A stretch of 64,000 nucleotides of DNA from Verrucomicrobiota bacterium (GTDB lineage: Bacteria > Verrucomicrobiota > Verrucomicrobiia > Methylacidiphilales > JBCCWR01). The notes below the pieces were generated by a model. The model ran no database searches. It saw only the letters and a program-made list of their open reading frames with translations, and had not been told where the DNA came from. Positions 1 through 9,600 of this stretch are shown in pieces (positions within the stretch are counted from its first letter, which is position 1; each line of letters begins with the position of its first letter). The translations under genes and the position numbers were made by a program. The stretch covers positions 925 through 64,924 of the forward strand of contig JBCCXA010000009.1 of assembly GCA_039192515.1 (NCBI GenBank). Direction: 5' to 3'.

Positions 1-2
1 AT

Positions 3-611
3 CTCGATAGATGGGAAAAGTTTTATCATTCAGGCTATCCTGATCCTTTAGTTCAATTAGCAATTGTTCATGCTCAGTTTGAAATCATTCACCCTTTCTT
101 AGATGGCAATGGACGTTTAGGTAGAATCCTTGTCCCACTGTTTCTATATGAGAAAGAGATTCTCTCAAGCCCAATGTTTTATCTTTCAGCGTATCTAGAA
201 AAATATCGGAGACATTACATTGATTCACTTAGAGCATTGAATGAGCCAGATCACTGGAACCAATGGATAAAGTTCTTTCTCAAAGCTATTTATATTCAGG
301 CTCAGGATAATACAACAAAGGCCAGAGAAATTATGGTTCTATATGACAAGATGAAGACAACTATTTTAGAAATCACACGATCTCAATATGGTGTTCCTAT
401 GTTGGACTTTATGTTTGCGCACCCTATCTTCAAAAGCAGTCAGATAAGTTTTGCTAAAGCCACCCCAAGTAAACAGCTTATAGCGAAAATGGTTCGTGCT
501 TTGAAAGAAGCAAGGGTGTTGAAAATCATGAAGGAAGGAAGCGGAAGACAAGGGCAAGTATATGGATTTGCTGAGTTAGTAAACATTTCTGAAGGCAAGA
601 AAGTCCTGTGA
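3..611 (+). CDS. Fic-family protein with probable C-terminal HTH, 5'-truncated by the window edge
   Basis: The frame upstream of the ORF-track start (174) is open from base 3 and reads LDRWEKFYH...HAQFEIIHPFLDGNGRLGR, containing the canonical Fic motif HPFxDGNGRxxR. Confidence 0.9.
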   Translation, partial: LDRWEKFYHSGYPDPLVQLAIVHAQFEIIHPFLDGNGRLGRILVPLFLYEKEILSSPMFYLSAYLEKYRRHYIDSLRALNEPDHWNQWIKFFLKAIYIQAQDNTTKAREIMVLYDKMKTTILEITRSQYGVPMLDFMFAHPIFKSSQISFAKATPSKQLIAKMVRALKEARVLKIMKEGSGRQGQVYGFAELVNISEGKKVL

Positions 612-795
612 TTCTCTCTTTTAATTAAATCTTAATTATAGTTCTTTGAAATAACCTGATCTGGAGACAGGGGTCTTCATCACCAGAGATCCACTAGTAG
701 TGAGATGTTTGCTATATCTCAACATTTTTAAAGTTCTTCTATACAGATGGGAATTTCGCTTTCATTCCGTTTTGTCGGTGGCAGTCTATGGTATC

Positions 796-1875
796 ATGAG
801 ATTTCGGTTAGCTTTGGTGACAGGTGTGGCTTTATTGTTGGTGGCCGTGTATTTTGTTCGTTCATCTATCATCAACAAACATAATCCTTTGCCCAGTGAG
901 ACCTTCTTGACATATGAGGTTCCAAAAATAACGGATCGATCACCCGCCGCACAAGCAAAGGCAGCACATGATTTTCTGGGTCTTTTAAATGAAAAATTAA
1001 AGAAAAAAACACTTTTTAATTTAGACTCAGAAGAGCGAAGAAAATGGACGAACTATCCTCCTAAACGAAATGAAATGGGAGCTAGATTGGGTGAGCTAAA
1101 TGTAGAGCAGATTCAAGCAGCTATGCGACTTTTAGCGACGGTGCTAAGTGAAGCAGGTTATTATAAGGCTCGTAGTATTCCTCTGGGTGACGATCAAACC
1201 GTTCCCGAAGGGAAGCGATACCATGGATTTGGTACACAAGATTATCGGGTAGTAATATTTGGAAATCCATCTGAAAGTGAATCATGGGCGTTGCAGTTTG
1301 ATGGCCATCATCTTGCGATTAATGTGAGTATTCATGGTGAAAAAATGTCACTTTCGCCCTCTTTGTTTGGAACACAACCTCACTACTTTAAACTGGGAGA
1401 GCGTGAATTTCGTCCTATTGAGCCGTTTACCGATAAGGCGCATGCCGTAGTTAATACCCTTCAGCCAGAGCAACAGTCTCAAGCTATCTTGTCAGATGAA
1501 AGCAAGGACACAAGGTTGGCGTATCCTGAAAATGATGGCGAAATCCCCGAGCTTGTGGGTATTAAGGGTAGTGAGCTTAACCAAGAGCAAAAAGACTTGA
1601 TGATCAGTTTGATATCAGAATACGTAAATTGTTTGCCAGACCATGCTTCTCAGCCAAGGATCCAATCCTTAAGCAAAGAAGTGGATCAAATGTACTTTTC
1701 CTGGAACGGAGCGACTGCGAAAAAAAGTCCCATGTCCTATCGAATCCAAGGACCGTCTATTATCATAGAATATGCGTGCCAGTTATTTAGTCCGGACCCA
1801 CTGGATCAGATTGATCATATTCATACGGTGTATAGAGATCCAAGTAATGAGTATGGTCAGAAATTTATGAAGTGA
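796..1875 (+). CDS. DUF3500-family exported protein
   Basis: Motifs WALQFDGHHLAIN, YRIQGPSIIIEY and HIHTVYRDPSNEYG. ATG 796 (in frame with the ORF at 700) is followed by a signal/anchor-like MRFRLALVTGVALLLVAVYF. Confidence 0.75.
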   Translation: MRFRLALVTGVALLLVAVYFVRSSIINKHNPLPSETFLTYEVPKITDRSPAAQAKAAHDFLGLLNEKLKKKTLFNLDSEERRKWTNYPPKRNEMGARLGELNVEQIQAAMRLLATVLSEAGYYKARSIPLGDDQTVPEGKRYHGFGTQDYRVVIFGNPSESESWALQFDGHHLAINVSIHGEKMSLSPSLFGTQPHYFKLGEREFRPIEPFTDKAHAVVNTLQPEQQSQAILSDESKDTRLAYPENDGEIPELVGIKGSELNQEQKDLMISLISEYVNCLPDHASQPRIQSLSKEVDQMYFSWNGATAKKSPMSYRIQGPSIIIEYACQLFSPDPLDQIDHIHTVYRDPSNEYGQKFMK

Positions 1876-1947
1876 TACGGTGGTATCTTATCACTAAGAT
1901 GCGCCCATGCAAGAGGCACTGATAATGAGAAGTAATTAGAGAATGCT

Positions 1948-2718
1948 CTAATTCGCAGGCATTAATGTCTCCACATGGTGGAGCAATTGAGTAATAGTAT
2001 GAGCAAGTATTGGTGCGGGGAGGATATGAGGTTGGTTTTTGAGTATGGTTATGTCAAATGAACCATCAGCGTAGTCTTTCCATTTTTTGATATCTTCCAC
2101 TTCAAGAAGAGTATCTGAATCTGAAGCGGTTACGAAAATAGGGCAGGTTAATTTTTCAACTTTAGTACGTTGGTAGTTTTCACAGTTGCGAAAGTCACTT
2201 CGTAATAGAGGCTCGACGAGTGACATGGTTTCTTCATCCTCGATAATCGCTTGGGGGAGGCCTCCAAGTTTGGCGACAGCCTTGCGAAAGGCCGTAGTGT
2301 CAAGGTGAGCAAGCTTTTCGGAGAGGGGTTGATGAGGTGGCCGAGAGGCTAAAGGGAGAAAAGCAAGTGGCAAAGTCATTTGTAGGGATTGGAGACGGTT
2401 GATAATTTCATAACCAAGCAAAGCACCCATGCTGTAGCCTAATATCATAAAAGGCTGGTCCATATAAGGCATTAGTTCTTTCGTTAATTGGTTAGCGAGA
2501 CCTTCAAGAGATTGAGGAATGGGTTCTTTGGCACGACCCTCTCGCCCAGGATAACAAACTGGGCAGATGCTATATCCAGGAGAATCGAGGTTCATCAAGG
2601 GGTAAAAAATGCTGGCTCCACCACCTGCAGGTGGGAGGCAAAATAAACGCACACTTGTTTGTGGGAGAAGGCGTCCCATACGGTAGATAAGTACAACATT
2701 GCTATTTGGTGTGGTCAT
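1948..2718 (-). CDS. Stand-alone (type II-like) thioesterase
   Basis: LFCLPPAGGG, nucleophile motif GYSMG, LLRSDF, C-terminal His. Last gene of the NRPS operon. Confidence 0.85.
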   Translation of the reverse strand: MTTPNSNVVLIYRMGRLLPQTSVRLFCLPPAGGGASIFYPLMNLDSPGYSICPVCYPGREGRAKEPIPQSLEGLANQLTKELMPYMDQPFMILGYSMGALLGYEIINRLQSLQMTLPLAFLPLASRPPHQPLSEKLAHLDTTAFRKAVAKLGGLPQAIIEDEETMSLVEPLLRSDFRNCENYQRTKVEKLTCPIFVTASDSDTLLEVEDIKKWKDYADGSFDITILKNQPHILPAPILAHTITQLLHHVETLMPAN

Positions 2719-2745
2719 AAGCCATTGTCGGAATTTCTATGTCCC

Positions 2746-5700
2746 TTATATTTCAATTTCAATATGATCTTCGGATTTCTCGGACAGGTTACTCGAAATG
2801 AGTAGTGCATCAATGTGATTGGCTAAGTCTAAAAGGATAGGGCACTCGAAATGGACTCGAAGGGGCAATTCGACATCGAATTCTTTTCGTAGGCGGGTAT
2901 TGGCACGAGTAGCAGAGAGGGAATGGCCTCCTAGTTCGAAGAAATGAGCATTGGCTCCGATAGTTTCAATATTGAGCATTTCACTCCAAATTTTAGCGAT
3001 GGTTTCTTGAGTAGAATTTTCTAAGGGTTGGAATTCTTGTTTGCTTGAAATAGGATCTGGAAGGGCTTTGTGATCTATTTTACCGTTTGTGGTAAGAGGA
3101 AATTTAGATAGTACTACCCATCTATGAGGAATCATGGCTTCCGTTAAGTGAGCTTTGAGGTAGCCTTCAAAGTGTGCTCTTGGATTCTCGGCAATACTAA
3201 TAGATTTGTCTTCTAAGACAAGATAAGCAACTAGTTCTCTTGATGAAGGGAGTTGTGAGACATGTGATTGTTTTACAGATGGGTGCTCGTTGAGGGGGTA
3301 TTCAATTTCTGCGAGTTCAATACGTTGACCGCGAATTTTGATTTGATGGTCATTTCGGCCTAAAAACTCAATTGTTCCATCGGCAGCATAACGAGCGAGG
3401 TCTCCAGTGCGGTAAAGAACTTCAGAGGAGGAAGGTGTATTTTGCTTATAGTATGGATTGGGGATAAAGCGTTCTGCTGTTAGGTCAGCTCTTTGAGCAT
3501 AGCCACGCGCTAAGCCGATGCCACCAATATAGAGTTCGCCTTCGACTCCTGTAGGAAGCTCATTTAGGTCTTGATCGAGGATATGAATGCTTGTATTAGC
3601 AATAGGCTTGCCTATGGGCACCTGCGTCATAGCCTGCCCTTGGTCACAAGACCAATGGGTGACATCGATGGCCGCCTCGGTAGGGCCATAAAGGTTTTGC
3701 AAGGAGGTGTTGGGCAAGAGTTCTTTGCATTTGGCGACAGTAGAGGGATTCAACTTCTCACCACTGCAAATGATGAGACGCAGGCAGGTACACTTGACGA
3801 CTTCGGATATTTCTAAAAGCACTTCGAGCATTGGAGGTACAAAATGAAGTACGGTGATTTTTTCTTTTTGAATCAATTCGACTAAGGCTTGACCGTCTTT
3901 GTGTTGCTCTGGTTCCGCTAGTACTAAGGTTGCACCTGTCATGATAGGCCAGAAAAATTCCCAAACAGACACATCAAAGCCAACAGGGGTTTTCTGCAAA
4001 ACACGGTCAGAAGAGGTAAGTGAGTATTGTTCTTGCATCCATAGCAAACGGTTGGCAAGCGCTTGATGCGTATTAATCACCCCCTTTGGTTTGCCTGTAG
4101 AGCCGGAGGTATAAATGAGATAGAGTGCTTGGTCAGGATTTGGATTACTCGGAATGTGTGGGATGGAGAGTGTTTTCTCTAATTCCTTTTCGTTTGCCCA
4201 ATCGATCACTCTGCAGTTTGTTTTGAGCTCTTGTAGGTTTTGTCTTTGATCTGTAACTATGGCAACGGGCGTACTTTCCTCTAACAAGCTTTGTAGACGT
4301 GCTTTCGGGTAAGAAGGGTCTAATGGGAAGTAAACGGCATTGGCTTTGAGAATAGCCAAGAGAGTGATAGGTAGTTCTAGGGAGCGTTCTAGATAGACAG
4401 CAACGGGTTGTTCAGGTCCTGCTCCAGTTTTTTTGAGTAGTGCAGCAAGCTGTGATGCTTTTTCATGAATTTCTTTGTAGTTAAGGTTTATTCCTCTGAA
4501 GCGCAGTGCAGTCATTGCAGATTCAGCAAATTGTTCAATGGGTTCAGTAATTGAGAGGGCGTGCTCTTTCCAATTTTGTTCAGTTGCATTCCATGATTGA
4601 ACTATTTTTCGTTCTTCCTGTGTATAGAGGGTAATGGATGAGAGTGGTTGATCAGGGTTGCAGAGAATTTGTTGAAGGATTTCATTGAGATGTGAAAAGA
4701 GGTTATGAATCATTGACTGAGAAAAGCGAGGTTCCTGATACTTTGCTTTGATGGTAAGGGTATCATTTTCGATGGCTAATAAGGTCATTGGAAAGTGTGT
4801 CCATTCATCGAATTCAGTACCATCTAGTCTAAGATTATCTTGTTTTTCGTTACTGCCAGCGGGAAGGGGATAGCTTTCTAGCACAAATAGCCAATCGAAG
4901 AGTGGGTTACCTTGATTGGTCCAAGACTGGATATCACGCAGAGCAACATATTCATAGGAGGAAGCGTCAGCCTGGTGTTTCTGGAGGTCTTTTAGCCACG
5001 TGATGATGGGAGCTTGTGGTAGCAGTGAAAGAGAGACGGGAAGGGTATTAATGAAAAGGCCGACCATTTTCGTAGAATCAGGTAAATTACTAGGCCGTCC
5101 AGAAACAGTATGTCCTAATGTCACATTTCGGGAGTCTTGATATCGACCAAGAAGAATACCTATGATACCGAGTAAAAGGGTGTGTAGGGTAACCTGGTGT
5201 GTTTGTGTCCATTGACGAATAGCATTACTCTGTTCGGAAGAAAAGACAAACGACTCTTCGCCAAATTTTTTAGCATTTTCTTGGTGAGAACTAGAGGAAA
5301 ATGATTCTGCAACCAAGGATTCGGTCCAGAATTTTTCGGCCTGTTCAGCATTTTGTTTGAGTAGCCAGGCAATGTAGTCTTTGTAGCGGCTGCGAGAAGC
5401 TTGGATAGGTGATACTGTTAGACCTTTAGCAAGTGCGAAGTAGTCAGTGAGAACTTCTTGTAAGACTTGTCCAGCTGACCACCCATCTAAAATGAGGTGG
5501 TGATAACACCAGACTAATTTAAAGGAAGAGTCAGAGAGACGGATTAAATGAAATCTGGTTAATGGAGCAGATTGTAGATTGAAACCTTCACTTTGATTAG
5601 CTGCTTGCAAGGCCTTTAGTTTTTTATCTTGTTGCTTAGGACTATCTGACCAGTCTAGTTCGATCCACTGTAATGAAACTTCATGATAGACGACTTGGAA

Positions 5701-5919
5701 TGGTTCATCACGCTGCTCCCATTGAAAACCTGTGCGTAGGATTTCATGCCGATGTAAAGCTCTTTCCCAGGATTGCTTAAGGATTTGCGTGTCGAGATTT
5801 CCTGACAAAGAAAGAACAATTTGGGGAATGTAGATTCCTTTTTCAGGAGCCAGTAGTGAGTGGAATAAAAGCCCTTGCTGTGTTGAGGATAATGGGTAGA
5901 TGTCTGCGATATTTGGCAT
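2746..5919 (-). CDS. NRPS, C(DCL-type)-A(Ser)-PCP
   Basis: IYPLSSTQQGLLFH and HHLILDGWS (DCL-like). A-domain cores YTSGSTGKPKG and YGPTE. Specificity code read by eye is DVWHISLIDK (Ser-type). PCP GGHSL. No TE or R domain; ends EDHIEIEI. Confidence 0.92.
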   Translation of the reverse strand: MPNIADIYPLSSTQQGLLFHSLLAPEKGIYIPQIVLSLSGNLDTQILKQSWERALHRHEILRTGFQWEQRDEPFQVVYHEVSLQWIELDWSDSPKQQDKKLKALQAANQSEGFNLQSAPLTRFHLIRLSDSSFKLVWCYHHLILDGWSAGQVLQEVLTDYFALAKGLTVSPIQASRSRYKDYIAWLLKQNAEQAEKFWTESLVAESFSSSSHQENAKKFGEESFVFSSEQSNAIRQWTQTHQVTLHTLLLGIIGILLGRYQDSRNVTLGHTVSGRPSNLPDSTKMVGLFINTLPVSLSLLPQAPIITWLKDLQKHQADASSYEYVALRDIQSWTNQGNPLFDWLFVLESYPLPAGSNEKQDNLRLDGTEFDEWTHFPMTLLAIENDTLTIKAKYQEPRFSQSMIHNLFSHLNEILQQILCNPDQPLSSITLYTQEERKIVQSWNATEQNWKEHALSITEPIEQFAESAMTALRFRGINLNYKEIHEKASQLAALLKKTGAGPEQPVAVYLERSLELPITLLAILKANAVYFPLDPSYPKARLQSLLEESTPVAIVTDQRQNLQELKTNCRVIDWANEKELEKTLSIPHIPSNPNPDQALYLIYTSGSTGKPKGVINTHQALANRLLWMQEQYSLTSSDRVLQKTPVGFDVSVWEFFWPIMTGATLVLAEPEQHKDGQALVELIQKEKITVLHFVPPMLEVLLEISEVVKCTCLRLIICSGEKLNPSTVAKCKELLPNTSLQNLYGPTEAAIDVTHWSCDQGQAMTQVPIGKPIANTSIHILDQDLNELPTGVEGELYIGGIGLARGYAQRADLTAERFIPNPYYKQNTPSSSEVLYRTGDLARYAADGTIEFLGRNDHQIKIRGQRIELAEIEYPLNEHPSVKQSHVSQLPSSRELVAYLVLEDKSISIAENPRAHFEGYLKAHLTEAMIPHRWVVLSKFPLTTNGKIDHKALPDPISSKQEFQPLENSTQETIAKIWSEMLNIETIGANAHFFELGGHSLSATRANTRLRKEFDVELPLRVHFECPILLDLANHIDALLISSNLSEKSEDHIEIEI

Positions 5920-5934
5920 GATTATAAAGACTTG

Positions 5935-6642
5935 TTAGAATTCAAGGTTGGGATGGTTAATGTGAAGGGTATGTGTTTTGGCAGATGCTTCACAAAATTT
6001 TGTGAGTAGGCTCAAAATAAGCTCAGTACCTTTTTTCGCATTTGATGCAGCAGAGTCACCTAGGCAGTCGACGTTCATGATGATTTTAGAAGTGTCCGGA
6101 GAAATGAGAGTTTGACAGGAATTTCGCCAATTCCAACGTCGGCACATGACCTCGTTGCCTACTACATAAATGAGTTCTTCTGGCTCTGGAGATTCTTGTT
6201 TGGCATCTTTGCCCAACGGTAAAAAGGATTCCTGTCCAGTTGCTTTTCTTAGCTGCAAAGCATCGCCATATGATTGTGCACGTTCGACATCATCTCCTCC
6301 AACAGGAATTTGTAATCTAAGAGAGGCTATATTCATAATAGCAACAACTTTCGAGATAAAAGGGAGTTGAACCTCAAGTTTTTGAACCCTTTTGAGCAAA
6401 TTTTTGTGGGCAGGAGGAAATTTATTCGGGTTTGATCCGAATTGGCGATGAACTTTATCCCAAGATTGCACACTGGAAAGGTCATTGGGTGTGCTTAAGC
6501 TTTTGACTATAGCCTCTGCTTCTCTTAGCAGCTCAGTTAGCTCAGCACTTTCGCCTTGATTGTTGATTCCTTCTGCAATCACGATTCCTCGGTGAAAATG
6601 CGGTGCTAATTCGAATACTTCTGGTTTTAATTCTATTTTCAT
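5935..6642 (-). CDS. Stand-alone B3/B4 (PheRS editing-like) domain protein
   Basis: WDKVHRQFGSNPNKFPPAHKNLLKR, ISKVVAIMNIASL..QIPVGGDD, ELIY and VMCRRWNWR match the stand-alone B3/4 family pattern. Confidence 0.8.
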   Translation of the reverse strand: MKIELKPEVFELAPHFHRGIVIAEGINNQGESAELTELLREAEAIVKSLSTPNDLSSVQSWDKVHRQFGSNPNKFPPAHKNLLKRVQKLEVQLPFISKVVAIMNIASLRLQIPVGGDDVERAQSYGDALQLRKATGQESFLPLGKDAKQESPEPEELIYVVGNEVMCRRWNWRNSCQTLISPDTSKIIMNVDCLGDSAASNAKKGTELILSLLTKFCEASAKTHTLHINHPNLEF

Positions 6643-6660
6643 TAATTTTAAATTGCTTAT

Positions 6661-9600
6661 CTAGAGATCTTTCAGGAGCTGGTCAAGTTCACCGGGTTTG
6701 AAATCCATAAGAGAAAAATCAGATTCGCTGTAACCGGATCCTGATTGAGGATTGATGCAGAAATCTGTGAGTTCTTTAATCTCTTTTTCAAGTCTTTCCA
6801 CAAGGGTTTGGATGGTTTTGCTCTGATGAAGGCTTGGATTGTACATCCAATAAATTTTTAAAGTTTTCTCTGAAATAATTGCGTTAATGTCGAAGAAAAC
6901 ATCACGTTTATCCTCCGGATGGCGAGCCTTACCAGAAGATTCAGTTGCTCTTCCGAAAAAGGAAGAATTATTTAGGAGTTGATCGGTCTGGCCTAGATAA
7001 TTAAAGCGAATAGATGGCAAACTAGATTTAGCGTAACCTCTTAAAACGCCATAGCTTAGCCCTTCATCAGGAAGCTGGTGAAATGCTTCTTTCACACTTT
7101 TTAATGAATCATCTAAAGTCTGATTAGTATTTGTTGGAAAGGATACAGGGAAGAGGCTAGTCAGCCAACCTACGGTTCGTGAAAGGTTAAGGTTGGAGTC
7201 TCCTTGTTGGCGCCCATGGCCTTCTAATTGGATGCCTAAGGAGTGATGCTTAGTCCAGGAGGTAACTGTCCGGGCAAGTGCAGCCAAAAGAAGTTCGTCT
7301 ACTTTGATTTTATAGTTTTTAGGAACTTCATTGAGTAGTTTCGCCGTTGCATCCTCGTTTATAATAAGGGAAGCTGTTTCTGCTTCACCCATGAAGATCT
7401 TGCCTGATGGGTCATCGACGGGTAAAGGTGATTGCAATGAGTTTTCTTCAATTTGTTTCCAAGTTTTTTCTGTTCCTTTGAATGCACGTCGGTTTAAGTC
7501 TTCCACCCATTTTGAGACTGTTGAAGAAGGAGGCATGAGTTCCGCGCTGCCAATTTTACCGATTTGAGCATAGAAGTTCTGAAGATCAAAGAGTAGAATG
7601 CGCCAGGAAATACCATCGATAAGTAAGTGATGGCAGACAATGAGAAGGCGGCGGCAAGGTGACTTGGTATTTGCATTTAGTTCAAAATAAACAAGGTGCC
7701 ATAGAGGACCGTTTGTGAGGTTAAAACCCGATTGTATAGAAGCAGCAACCTCTTCTATTTTTTTTTGTGGTTCATCTGTTGTTTCAACAATTTTTGTGAA
7801 TGGTGCTTTTTTAGGAATTGGAGTGTAAGTTTGTTTCCAACTACCATTTGTTTTAGTGTATATTGATCGGAGGGCGGGATGTTGGCGGTAGAGGGTATGT
7901 GCTGCTTGTTCCAATTGGTCGATATTAAGAGGCTCAAGAATACTGAGCAGAATAGATTGATTCCAGTGATTAGGATGATTTAAGGGAAGTTTGAAGAACC
8001 ATTCCTGGATAGGTGTTAAGGGCACCACGATTTCTTGATCTTCTGGGAGATGTTCCTGAGTGTGATTCTGACCAACCTGTGCTACGGTTGCAAGACCTTC
8101 GATAGTTGGATGTTGGAAGAGGTCTCGCGGAGTAAAGCTAATACCTTCTTGTTGAGCTTTAGCAATGACTTGTAAGATAAGAATGGAATCTCCACCTCGT
8201 TGGAAAAAATTATCTTTTATACCAATCTTTTCTACTCCAAGAACAGTTTTCCAAATAGCTAGTAGCTGTGTTTCGCAGTGATTTCTTGGAGAGTAGATTC
8301 GCGCACTTGTCAAATTCTCTAGGTCAGGAAGAGCGCCACGATCGATCTTACCATTAGAAGTTAGAGGGAGTTTTTTAATGGCACGAATAGCTGAGGGGAT
8401 TATCTGTTGAGGCAGTTGCTCCGATAAAAATTGTATTAGCTTATCTTCTGATATATCACTTTCAACAAAAGCGACGAGCTGGTTTTTGCGAAGGACAACA
8501 CAAGCATCTTTGATACCCTTGTGACTGCGAAGGACGGACTCAATCTCTCCTGGTTCGATACGGAAACCTTTGAATTGAAATTGCTCATCATACCTTCCCA
8601 AGTATTCAAGTATTCCATCTTGGCGGAGTAATGCCTGGTCACCCGTCCGATACATAATAGCTCCGACTGATGGGTTTGAAGCGAATGGGTTGGGTAGAAA
8701 TTTCTCTTTGGTTAATTCCTGTTGATTCCAGTAACCCTGAGCAACACCGCTCCCAGAAATATATAATTCTCCAGCGATGCCAATAGGCTGTAGATTTAAG
8801 CTTTCATTGAGAACATAAAGTTGAGTGTTGGCGATTGGTAAGCCTATGGGAATATTCTCATAGGTGAGGTTTTTTTCTTGGACCTCATAAATACAACAAC
8901 CCACAACCGTTTCTGTAGGACCATACTCATTGAAAATTCGAACTTGGGGGTAGTTCTCGCGCCAGAATTTGACATGTCCTGCGGTCAATGCTTCGCCACC
9001 TACAACTATGGCTTTGGGCAGTTGATCAGTAGCTAAATCTTTTGGGAAGATAGGTTCTAAAGCAGATAGGTGAGCAGGCGTTAGTTTGACTACACTAGGG
9101 CCAGTTTGCATCACTTCTGATAGTGCTAAGATCACATTCTCTTCAGGAAGCAAATGAACGGCTTTGCCTGTGAGTAGGGGTGCTAGAAGGCTAGTAATGG
9201 TTGCATCGAATCCGATGGAGCTTTGGACCGGTGACCCCCAACCTTCTGTATATGGATAGCTTTCCAAAGCGTGGTGGAGGTAGTGCATGAGTCCTTCATG
9301 AGAAACAGTAACTCCTTTGGGTTTTCCAGTTGATCCAGATGTATAAAGAATATAACAAGAGAGGTTATTTCTCAAAGCCGGAAGAGGAAGCTCGTTCTTA
9401 GTAAGAGGTAGTGCAGCTAACGAATCTAAGACCAATGTGCATCCAGCATTCTCAGTCATGTAGTCTTGCCTAGCCTTTGGGAGCTGAGGATCTATAGGAA
9501 CGTAGATGCCACCAATTTTCATAACGGCAATTACGGCGATGACTAGATCGGGAGTTCGAGGTAATTTAAGCCCCACGGTATTTCCGGATTCTATTCCTTT

